Positions 39,725 through 50,343 of a stretch of 64,000 nt of DNA are shown here, one piece after another. The DNA is from Dimorphilus gyrociliatus. Its lineage: Eukaryota; Animalia; Annelida. Within the stretch, counting starts at the first letter, position 1; every line of letters starts with the position of its first letter. The notes beneath the pieces were generated by a model. That model did not search any database and was not told the DNA's origin. It saw only the letters and a program-made list of their open reading frames with translations. The stretch lies in contig CAJFCJ010000019.1 of NCBI GenBank assembly GCA_904063045.1, forward strand, positions 1,503,700 through 1,567,699, given 5' to 3'. Made by a program: the position numbers and the translations under genes.

Positions 39725-40874
39725 ATGGGTATTCTGGAAAAAATATCTGAGATTGAGAGAGAGATCGCTCGAACTCAGAAAAATAAAGGTAACCTCTATG
39801 ATCATTGTCTTATTATTATTAAAATTCATTAACTGATTAATAGCTACTGAGTATCATTTGGGTCTGCTGAAGGCAAAATTAGCGAAATACAGGGGTCAAT
39901 TACTTGAACCAACGGGTAAAAGTGGAGCAAAATCTGAAGGTTTTGAAGTACAAAAGTGTGGTGATGCTCGTGTAGCTCTGATAGGGTTTCCGTCGGTAGG
40001 AAAATCAACTTTATTATGTAGTCTGACATCAACACATAGCGAGGCAGCCAACTATGAATTTACGACATTAACTTGTATTCCTGGTGTTATTCAACATAAG
40101 GGCGCAAATATACAGTTACTTGATTTGCCCGGTATTATAGAAGGAGCTGCTCAAGGAAAAGGAAGAGGCCGACAAGTAATAGCTGTTGGAAGGTCGGCTG
40201 ATTTGGTTTTGATGATGCTTGACGCTACGAAGGGAGAAATCCAACGCCAATTATTAGAATATGAATTGGAATCAGTGAATATTCGCTTAAATAAGAGGAA
40301 ACCAAATATTTATTTTAAGAGAAAGAAGGCCGGCGGTTTAACTTTTACGTCAACTGCCCCTTTAACAAAATGCAACGAACAAATGGTTCAACTTATACTG
40401 CACGAATATAAAATATTTAATGCTGAAGTCCTATTCCGAGAAGATTGTTCAGCGCAGGATTTCATAGACGTTATTAACGACAATTGCGTGTATATGCCTT
40501 GTTTGTACGTTTATAATAAGGTGGATCAGATTACCATTGAAGAAGTCGATAGATTAGCAAGACAGCCGAACAGTGTTGTGGTTAGTTGCAATTTAAAATT
40601 GAATTTGGATTATTTGGTAGAGAGAGTATGGGATTATTTGGCTCTTATTAGAGTTTATACGAAGAAGCAAGGTCAAAAACCAGATTTTTCCGATGGCCTC
40701 ATCCTCAGAGGAGGTATTACCATTGAAGGTGTATGCCACTCTGTTCATCGTACTTTGGTAAATCAATTCAAATATGCTCTTGTCTGGGGCACAAGTGTTA
40801 AATTCAGCCCTCAAAGAGTAGGAATAGATCATGTTGTTCACGACCAAGATGTCGTATGTATTATGAAAAAATAA
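39725..40874 (+). CDS. DRG2: Developmentally regulated GTP-binding protein 2; 2 exons
   Basis: [72 protein letters not shown]; C-terminal TGS domain. Confidence 0.96.
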
Positions 40875-40917
40875 TTTTATTATTAATAACTCTCAATAAA
40901 CTTATACTTTATATAAT

Positions 40918-41377
40918 TTAAAAACGGATTACATTATTCCTGATAAGATCCACAACCGTTGAGACTGGTAATCGGCAATACTGCTCATACTTTGCGCACT
41001 CTGCTAATGGCGTATTCATAAACACCGGCTCAATAGTCGTATATCCAGATTCACTTGCCATCTTACTAATTTTTACCTGAAGTTTGATAGGCAAGCTCGC
41101 CCAGTGTCCCAGAGTAAGGTGAAGCAAAAAATTCGGCTTCGTTATGTACGGACAGTAGCGAATAGTATGGCCGTTTTCTCCTTGCGACAAGCAAACCTTT
41201 TAAAACATGCAAACTAAAATTTTTCTTGCTTAATAGTTATTTACTTACGGGACAAGTATAAGCTCTAAGTATTGGGCAACAAATGCGTCCATCTTCGTCC
41301 TTTAGGATATGTGACCAATACAATGCCGGGTCTTCGCCATTGTTTTTACAAAAGACACAAAAGAATGGGGCACTCAT
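40918..41377 (-). CDS. nanos: Nanos-family (CCHC)2 zinc-finger protein, about 133 aa; 2 coding exons
   Basis: Spliced [43 protein letters not shown]|[16 protein letters not shown] matches the Nanos finger CxFCxNNGE...HxLK...CPxLRxYxCPxC...HTxxYCP. Donor GTAAGT at 41248. Confidence 0.88.
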
Positions 41378-41681
41378 TTCTATTATTCTAATAAAATATT
41401 TAATAAAACTAATTAAGTTACGTAAAAAAGTTATTAAAAGTTGAAAATTACCGAAAATTTGTTGAAAATAGCTTTATAGGACAGACAATTAGTGTCTAGA
41501 CGCTTAAAACAATTGTAGTAAGTATGCTTTTTTTGTGCGCTATTGCCTTCTGGGAATTTGAAAGGGTGCGTAAGTTGAGTAAAAAACTTAATGGCCTTGA
41601 CTTATTGATGACTCATACTTCGCAAAATATTGGAATATCGCTCAGGCGTGTGCTTCGATTAAGCGCAATAGATTAAGAGTA

Positions 41682-42670
41682 ATGGATTACTTTAAAAGTT
41701 ATGAAAATTTGGAGGTCCATAGGCTAATGTTAGCAGACAAGAGTCGCATGGATGCTTATCAGTCATTTATTAATGAAAATGCAGCCCTGTTTAGCGGGAA
41801 AATTGTAATGGATGTAGGATCCGGCCTAGGAATACTATCTCTATTTTGCGCTAAGGCTGGAGCAAAGAAAGTCTATGCTGTTGAGGGATCCGAGATGGCA
41901 AAAATGTGTGAAACAATTATAAAAGACAACAACTTTTCTGATACTATTCAAGTAATTCATAAAGCTGTTGAAGATATTCAAGTATCAGATATTGAAAAAG
42001 TTTGTTTTATTTATCCATATATATAGTCTTTATTCTAAAGTTGTTTTAGGTGGATATCATTGTATCTGAATGGATGGGATTTTATCTTCTTCACGAGTCT
42101 ATGCTCCATTCCGTCTTATTTGCTAGGGATACATTCTTAAAAGACGATGGATTGATTGTCCCAAGAATAGCAAATATATACTTGAGTCCAGTAGAATTAA
42201 GAGATTTCAAGTCTAAATTTGACTTTTGGAACAATGTTTATGGTTTTGATTTCTCATCGGCTGGTGAGGCAGAAAGAAATACAACGTTCGGTCAAGCTCA
42301 AATAGAAAACATAAAAGCACAAGATTTGCTTGCTGAGGAGCAACTTGTTTTAAGTATAGACCTTAAAGCTGCAACAGAAGAAGATTTAGAATCTATCATA
42401 GGAACATTTAAGTTTACATTTAAAAAATATGGAGTTATTCACGGCTTTGCACTTTGGTTTGACTGTATATTCACTGATGGAGAAAACGAGGAAACTGAAG
42501 TAACATTAGATACAAGTCCTAACTCCGAAAGTACTCATTGGAAACAAACAATAATACCAGTACCTGAAGCATTTCTTGTCGAAGAAAATGGTGAAGTAAA
42601 CTGTAAATTGTATCTGAAGAGAGATGGTAGATCATATCGTATCGAACTAGAGCATGATTTAGATAGCTAA
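41682..42670 (+). CDS. Type I protein arginine methyltransferase, PRMT6-like, catalytic core only; 2 exons
   Basis: YFKSYENLEVHRLMLADKSRMDAY; VMDVGSGLGILS; double-E loop IVSEWMGFYLLHESML; THW loop THWKQT. PRMT6 versus PRMT1 assignment needs a phylogeny. Confidence 0.85.
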
Positions 42671-42927
42671 TTCAGGAAATTTGATAATAATAAATATTAA
42701 TTAATAAAAAAATTTGATTACTATAAAATGTTATGAATTGAGCAGTTCATTATATTGGGAGTCATGTATGAAAAAATAACAAAAACAAACTCCTCTTCAA
42801 GAGTTTGTTTTGTATTCTCAAAAAAAAATCAATGAATGAAGAAAAATAATTTAGTTTAAAAAGAAATTTTTAATACTTTTTAAACTTTATAGCTTCTATT
42901 CAGTGTCGTTACCATACAAATAAGAAC

Positions 42928-42928
<1 letters not shown>

Positions 42929-42958
<30 letters not shown>

Positions 42959-42976
42959 ATATAGATATATAGATAT
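42929..42976. repeat. (TA)n plus degenerate TAGA repeat between PRMT and CTR9
   Basis: Visible directly in the sequence. Confidence 0.9.
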
Positions 42977-43030
42977 CCATACTTTTATATCTATCAAAAT
43001 TTACATATTTACGGCTTTATATTAATAGTC

Positions 43031-46000
43031 TTAGTCGTCATCATCATCGCTATTGGAAACTTCCCTATTTTGTTCTTCGCCCTGTTCGCTTTGACTGTCT
43101 TGAGAACCTCGAGCCTCTGTATCTTGTTTACTTTCTTCTTGTTCCTCATTTTCAGACGACGAGCTACTTGGAATAAACTTTGTTTGTCTATCACTATCTC
43201 CCCTATTATCATCACTGTCATTGTCACTACGATCCGAGTTATCTGAGTTAAAGGTATCTGCAAATAAAGATAGTTAATTTCTAATTAAAAATGTTAAAAG
43301 TTCATATTTCTTACTATTGAGACTTTGTGATGGTTTGCTGCTTTCCTCATTACTGGATGATGATGAATCTTCAACAAACTGAGCAGATCGAACTTTCTTC
43401 CTTTGCTTAGCGGTTAAACCATCATTTACATTATCTCTCTTTCGTTTTGTTGCCTTCTTTCGCTTTTTTCTTTCCTTTCGGGTTTCACCTTCTTCTTCAC
43501 TTGAAGCACTATTATTATCTTCTTTATTTTCTCTCTTCCCTCCCTTCTTCTTCTTCTCCGGCTTTTCTTCAATTATAGGGTCAAATTGCAATAATTTCTT
43601 GGTCTTTTCCTTAAACTTCTCTCTTTCCTCCAACATTTTCTTTTCTTTTTCTACTCTCTCTCGTTCTCTTTCCTCTTTTTCTTTCTGTTTCTTCAATTTG
43701 AGAGCTTCACACTCTTCCTCATGCTTTCTTCTTAATTCGCGCTCTTGTTCGTCTAATTTTCGAGCTCTAGCTACATGATATTGTGCTTGATTCAGAAGAT
43801 CCATACACTGTCTTGCCTCTACAGCAGCGTGATTTAAATCGAATTTTATCCTGTCACCATGTTTAGACAAGAAAATGAAAGCTTTGTGGGCAAGATCTAA
43901 ATCATCAACAGCATGTAGCACGAGTTTTAATGTTGCTTTTTCATCCTTCAAAGTTTGTGTAGCCAATTTTTGCTGCACTAGAGAAATGTTGTACAACAAC
44001 GCGGTATCTGTGGGCTTAACATGACGAGCTCTTTCCAGTACTTTACGGCAGTCTTGAAGTTTGTTTGCTTTATAATATGCCCGAGCCAGAAATAACAGCA
44101 TTTCGGTGTTATTTTGTTGCCCAAATTTTTTAATACAATTTTCATACATTTGAATAGCTGCTACATATTGGCGTTGTTCAGTGTAAATGTGTGCTATGTT
44201 CAACCAAACGTCACTAAAATCTGCTGTTGCCTCTCTAACATCTGAGAATATATCTCGGGCTTCGCTCAAGTGGCCCTTGTGAGCCAGAATACAAGCAATA
44301 CCATTGGCTGCCCAAATATTTCTTCCGTCAGCTCTGAGAACTGATTTAAAAATTGATAGAGCTCTTTCTTGATGACGTTTTTCTTTGAACTTATCTCTTG
44401 TTGGCTGGTGAAGAGATTGCAACCACACGTTACCGAGAGAGATCATTGCATAGTTATCGTCTTTAGTTGAAGGTCTTTGGATAATTCGTTCAAATTTTTT
44501 CTGTCCGGGTCCCCATTCTTGTTTACCCAAATGAAGATTACCAATAAGGGACCACGCTTCAGGGTTGTCTTGATTAATTTGAAGAGCCTCCTTGAACCAG
44601 TCAGATGCCTCATAAATTTCACCTCTATCCCGTGCCATACACCCCAAACGAAGATAACAGTCTATGTAATTCGGATGTTCTCGCAGAATATTTTTATATA
44701 GCCTTTCGGCATCTTCAGTTTTGTGAAATGCTTCATGCAATCTTGCAAGGTTATAGGTAACTGTTACAGAAATTGCACCGTAATACGAATCATCTGGACG
44801 CTTTCTTAATTCTGCCTCTATCCTTGACTGAGATTTTTCGTAAAACTTGGATGCTTGTTCTAGATCACTGTTTCGGAAATAGAGGGCTGCTATATTGTTG
44901 ATAAGTTCTGGTGGTATATCATCGCCAATTTGATCATATACATCAATAGCTTTATTATACGCTTGCAGAGCTGTTGTGACATCGTAACGTTCCAAAATTT
45001 GTGCATATTGTAACCAAGCTTCAACATCTTCAGGAAATTGATCAGTCACTTTTTTCAAGTAGCTTCTTGCATTCTCACGCTTCTTATCATCAGCATCAGC
45101 TTGTTGAGCATAAATACATCCCAAAATTTTTATTGTTTCATAGTTATTTGGAACAACTTTTAAAACTTTTTCAAAGTGTTCAGCTGCTTCCTTAAGGTTA
45201 TTTCTGGCTATGTACATTTGGCCAAGACCAAAATGAGGTAAGACATAATTTGATGGTGCGAATTGAGTGGACTGATAATAATATTGAAAAGCTTGTTCAT
45301 GATCTTCTTGAACATGAAAAACTCTCGCCATTTGATAACAACTCTCAGCTCTCATAGCTTCATTTTCAGTGTTGTGAAAAGCATGTAGAGCAAGTTGATG
45401 AGTTTTTTCATAGTCCTTCTTGTAGAAAAAATGGTTGGCTAGATGGTTAAGAACCATAGGATGTTGTTGGTCTATTGAATAAGCTCGAGATAACAATTGA
45501 ATACCATTTTTGATGCCTTCTCCAGTATTTAAATTGATATCCATGAGGGCTAAACCAACTAAGGCTCCGACGCACTTAGAGTCGAGTTTCAGTGCTCTTT
45601 CAAATGCCATTCTGGATTTCTCAGTCTTATTCAGTTTGTAATAGCAATGACCTATGCCTAATCTTACACCGGCTGGACAGTTGGGATTAGATCTCAAGGC
45701 TCTCTTATAGAAAGTCAAAGCTACTTTATACTCTTTCTTCCCGTAAGCAATAGCGGCTTTTCCGCACAAAGCTCTTGTGCAATTCGGATCACTGTTCAAA
45801 ACGAAACTAAACTGAGCATCGGCTTGATCCAATTTTTCATTTTTCATTAAACAATAAAAGGCCCGTCCTAGAAGATGGTTCTAAGGGAAGACTCATTTAG
45901 ATGCTGTTAATTATTATTTAGTAAACTACTAACCTGCTCATACATTATAATTTTATCGGCCGCCGTATACATATGCGTGGCTAAACCAAAATATTCCATC

Positions 46001-46418
46001 TTCTTATCTTTGTTCTTTTCTTTACAAGCCATTTGAACATAATGTCCTGCCAAAGAATCAAGGCATCGCATACGATCTTTCTCAGCTTCTGGATAATTTG
46101 TATTCGCCTCATGTCTAGCCGCTTCAAAAACAGTAACAAATTCCCCTATTTTCTCTTGCTTGTAATATTCAAGCTGCAAAATTTATATCAATACCCCGAA
46201 AAACTTGAAAATTTTACTGTCTTACCCCTAGAGCATTCCAAGTGTGCAAAGGAACTTGTTCTTGTCGTAAGATATTGAGTACTTCCTCTCCATCGGGAAG
46301 GTTTTCGACGTCTAGTTCGATAACCTAAGAAAAGGTATATATTAAATACTGTTTTGAACAGAATATTTGTTTTTACCTCATCCGAGTCTTTTAGAGGAAT
46401 TTCGATTGTTCCAGACAT
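43031..46418 (-). CDS. CTR9: PAF1 complex TPR subunit CTR9; multi-exon
   Basis: [18 protein letters not shown]; [11 protein letters not shown]; TPR array; [32 protein letters not shown]; [16 protein letters not shown]; K/E- and Ser/Asp-rich tail, stop TAA 43031-43033. Confidence 0.96.
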
Positions 46419-46736
46419 TTTTGATTATCTATTTAGGTGAATGCATACCCTTTTTGAACGATGTTTTAGAATGATAAACAGCAGACAAAACGTTACCGGA
46501 AGTAAAGGTATACAAGCGAAATATACTGCTTGATGATCGAAAAATATTCTCGAAAGTGGTATATGATTTCTTGAAAGACTTGAAAAGATACTATAATTTT
46601 TAAAAATTTTGACTAATATTTGTTTAAAGATTTGCGAAACCGAGATTTCGAAAAATTTACGACAAAGCATGAGTTTGAGCGATAATTGGACGGTACTTGA
46701 TTGAGTAACTGCGTTAGAAAATTTCCTCCTGCTGAA

Positions 46737-48324
46737 ATGGTATGTAATGCTTTATGTTTCGCTTTACTAAGACTATAGCTCTATCTTATATCATAGCCTA
46801 AAAAAAAGAAGTTCATTGACAAAAAAAAAGCTGTAACTTTCCACTTGGTGCATAGAAGCCAAAAGGATCCTTTACAAGCTGATGATGAAGCTCCCAAAAG
46901 GGTTTTACTGCCAACTGAAAAAGTTCGTCTTATTTTAATTTATTTCGAATGTAGTTGCATGAATTATATTTTCTGCATTTCTAGGAAAAATTGAATGCTC
47001 GTAAGGAAGAACAATTGAAATATGGCATAAACTTCGAAGATGAGTATGATTATATGCAACATTTAAAGGAGTCTAGGGAAATACACAATGTTGAGATGGA
47101 TGGTATTGACCACTGGATTGCCGAATCAAATGAGAATGAGTCCACATTAAATATTAAGCTACCGTCCAAACTCTTTGGATCTAATATGGAAACTGATGTT
47201 GGAATGTTAAACAAGGCAGCACCCGTTTCTGGACCTCGTTTGGATTTGGATCCCGATTTAGTAGCAGCAATGGATGATGATTTTAATTTTGATGATCCAG
47301 ACAATCAGTTAGAAGATGATTTCATTTCTAAGGCAAATTGTGAAGAAGGAGCAGAAGAAGACGAGGGGGAGTATGACGAATGTGATATGTCCAGCGATTT
47401 TGGAGAAGGAGACGATTTTTTTGATGAAAAGAGCTTTGGCGGTGAAACCTTCCGAACATCGAAATCTAGGTTTACAGAATATTCTGTAAGCAGCTCAGTT
47501 ATGCGTCGTAATGAAGGATTAAGCAATCTAGATGACCGGTTTGAAGAGCTTTTTGACCAATACGATGACGACGAGATCGGAGCTTTAGATCAGGAGGAAA
47601 TCCAGGGTAATTTAGGAGAGGACAATTTAGTACTGAAAGCTGCTCTGGAAGAATATGGAGAAGCGATGGAAGCTAAGGAACGGTTGGTATTTGTTTGATG
47701 GTGTGTTGATGTTTAATTGCGAAGTATTTTTTTAGAACTCTTAAAGATGAGGTTCGAATCCCTAAAACTCTCAATTATCAGGATTCAGATGAAGAATTTA
47801 TAGCTGTTGAAGTTGAAGAAGAGGACAAGGGCGAAAAATGGGATTGTGAAACGATACTAAGTAAACTACAAATATTTAAGATTAATAAAAGTTTAAATTA
47901 TATACATTTTTCAGCAACATACTCAACGATATATAATAATCCAAAAGTTATTGATGACAAACCGAAAAAAATTCAATTAACAAAAAGATTAGCTGTTCCC
48001 AATGATGCTCTTCCTTCACAAAATCGCGCAACAAATCGTCAAAAAGATAAGGATATATACAAGTAAGCAATTTTTTCTGTAAAAGTGATCGTAATAATTT
48101 TCCTATAAAATTTCAGACCAAACTTTGACAAAGCTTGCACTGTTAGAAATAAAGAAGAATCTGCCGAAGAACGCAAAGCAAGAAAGAAAGCTATAAAGGA
48201 TGAGCGGCGCGAAAGAAGAAAAGAGAAAAAAGACACTAAACTTACATTCAAATCGGAAAAATTAAAACAGCAGTCAGAAATTGTCAACTTACAAAAAAAT
48301 ATTTCTGCTGTAAAAATTGTTTAA
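46737..48324 (+). CDS. LTV1: 40S maturation factor LTV1; multi-exon
   Basis: M|PKKKKFIDKKKAVTFHLVHRSQKDPL; YGINFEDEYDYMQHLK; SRFTEYSVSSSVMRRNEGL; KWDCETILSTYSTIYNNP; ERKARKKAIKDERRERRKEKK. Confidence 0.95.
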
Positions 48325-48584
48325 TGCTGTTGTTGACTTGTTTTTGAATGCTTACTGTAATAAAATTCGAATATGGCGCTGTCATCCATATCCGGCACGT
48401 GTTTTAAAACACTTCCGCTGCGTTGGTAGTCGCCATCTTGAAAAAGCCGCAAAAAAAAAACTGTGGTATTTTCTGAGACAATCGGACGTATAACGTAAGT
48501 TTTCTCAATAAAAATTGTTCTCAACAGCCAGGTGACGTTTATATGTTAATATAAAAAGGGTATTTAGGTTCATAAGTCAGCCAA

Positions 48585-49472
48585 ATGACTCAATATTTGC
48601 CACCTAATTTACTCGCTCTGTTCGCTCCGAGAGAACCCATACCTTACAAGGGACCGGTCGGTAAGCTTCCATGGGAAAAGGTAATAAAACCGTATAACGG
48701 TATCGCGGAATATGTAAAGTGTTTTGAGGACCCAAAAGATACACCGCCTCCAACTAGAATTGAAACTCGTGAAGAAAGAGCTGAAAGGAAAAGAAAGGAA
48801 CGCGCTGAAACCGCCGCTTACAAATTAGAACAGGATTTAGCGTTATGGGATCCTCACAGTGATGCAAATGCAACTTCAGATCCCTATAAGACTCTATTTG
48901 TAGCTCGGGTAAATTATGACACTTCGGAAAGTAAGTTAAAGCGTGAGTTTGAACAATACGGACCAATTAGAAAAATCAATATCGTTTACAACAAAAAGAA
49001 TGGTAATCCAAGAGGTTACGCTTTTATTGAATATGAGCATGAGAGAGACATGCATAGTGCATACAAAAGAGCAGACGGTAAGAAAATTGACGGTCGTCGA
49101 GTAGTAGTAGATGTGGAGCGGTCAAGAACCGTAAAAAACTGGAGACCTCGTAGGCTTGGAGGAGGATTGGGCAATACCAGGAGGGGCCCAACTGATATGA
49201 ATAGCTGCAGTAGAGCTGAGGACAGTTCTGAGAGGCGTGATAGATCCAGATCACGATCTAGGAAACGTCGAAGCCACTCCAGGTCTAAGGAACGCCGACA
49301 TCGTAGGTCTCGGTCTCGTGACAGACGTCGTCGAAGTAGATCTCGAGATAGAAAACGGCGTAGATCAAGATCACGTAATAGATCTAAATCAAAAGATAGG
49401 AGAAAGAGAGGGAGAAGCCGTGAAAATGGTGCAACAGAAGTGGAGGATGGAGAATATGTCGGTGATTATTAG
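48585..49472 (+). CDS. SNRNP70: U1 snRNP 70K protein; intronless CDS, 295 aa
   Basis: [21 protein letters not shown]; [20 protein letters not shown]...[15 protein letters not shown]...[29 protein letters not shown]; RS/RD tail. Confidence 0.98.
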   Translation: MTQYLPPNLLALFAPREPIPYKGPVGKLPWEKVIKPYNGIAEYVKCFEDPKDTPPPTRIETREERAERKRKERAETAAYKLEQDLALWDPHSDANATSDPYKTLFVARVNYDTSESKLKREFEQYGPIRKINIVYNKKNGNPRGYAFIEYEHERDMHSAYKRADGKKIDGRRVVVDVERSRTVKNWRPRRLGGGLGNTRRGPTDMNSCSRAEDSSERRDRSRSRSRKRRSHSRSKERRHRRSRSRDRRRRSRSRDRKRRRSRSRNRSKSKDRRKRGRSRENGATEVEDGEYVGDY

Positions 49473-49478
49473 GGAACT

Positions 49479-49754
49479 GTAAGTGTGTGTTAAGTTTTGC
49501 TTTTATTGTCCTTTATGTAACGTGCGCGTGTTCCTATAGGGCGACTTCGCCTGACTTCTTAAAAAAATACACTATGTAAGGTAAGACCTGGTAAGATCGA
49601 GTCCAAAGTCCTATCAATGATTCAATGATGAGTGGTAAGGCTTGGTAAGATATATTTAAACTAAGCTTGAATTTTTTAGTCTTAAATTTTACGTTAGATA
49701 AAACCCAATAAAGTCTAAAAAAAAAAAAGATATTTATATTACGTTGAGGTAAGG
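49479..49754 (+). promoter_or_regulatory. Cluster of 5' splice-site (U1-binding) motifs and a putative 3'UTR intron downstream of SNRNP70
   Basis: GTAAG at 49479, 49576, 49581, 49591, 49635, 49645 and 49749. GTAAGT(49479)...TTCCTATAG(49539) forms a typical 61-nt intron. Confidence 0.7.
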
Positions 49755-49805
49755 CAGCGATTTGGGTTCACATAAACATTGACGCTTAACGTAAATTAAA
49801 AAAAA

Positions 49806-49833
49806 GATATATACATATATAATATACATATAC

Positions 49834-49875
<42 letters not shown>
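49806..49875. repeat. (TA)n/TACA microsatellite downstream of SNRNP70
   Basis: Pure TA run about 49836-49868 with degenerate flanks. Confidence 0.9.
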
Positions 49876-50343
49876 AACTACAACTGTAAAAATAAATAAA
49901 AAAAATCATAAAGTTACGAAAATCTTAAGGAAACTATCATTTCGCAGGTAGTATGTATTCAGGTAAATTTCTTTGACTTTGAATATTGTATCCCCATTTG
50001 TGAATTGTTGTAATTCCAAACGGAAAACTGATTTTAAGGAATAGAAATTATAGAATATCATCTGAATAGTTACTTCATGTGATTGAAGACGTACTTTGAT
50101 ACATTGGTAGGTATACATAGCTCAATATGAAGCGACCAATGGACTCGAATCTAATCAAAGCTTGTGCTGTACTTGTTTTTTTTTCTATGACCGTTTTTAC
50201 TTATTTTTACTTCTCGTTGTTCTTTTGATTGATAGCAGTTGCTTTTGTTGAGTATCAATAAAAGTTGTTTAATCATTCCGAAAATATTAATCTGCAGAAC
50301 ACATACACAAAAAAAATTTACAAAATATTTACAATTAGTTTAA

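Noticed and set aside
48325-48584. Operon or SL trans-splicing between tandem genes (LTV1-SNRNP70, DPAGT1-COX11, ABHD16A-RRP12; AG just before the SCLY ATG)
   Set aside because: For SNRNP70 a cis donor (GTAAGT at about 48495) explains the upstream acceptor, and the spacers carry promoter-like motifs. This cannot be supported without SL reads.
49248-49378. GATCACG matches to the U1 stem-loop I (U1-70K binding loop) inside the SNRNP70 CDS
   Set aside because: Explained by Arg-Ser codons of the RS domain; no flanking stem is evident.
49624-49700. Box C-like ATGATGA downstream of SNRNP70 as a snoRNA
   Set aside because: No downstream CTGA D box or terminal stem found.
50150-50300. Possible extra laminin C-terminal exon containing SNCYQ after a CTGCAG acceptor
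   Set aside because: No convincing in-phase donor before the TGA at 50344; the existing frame ends in coherent heptads. It would need RNA evidence.
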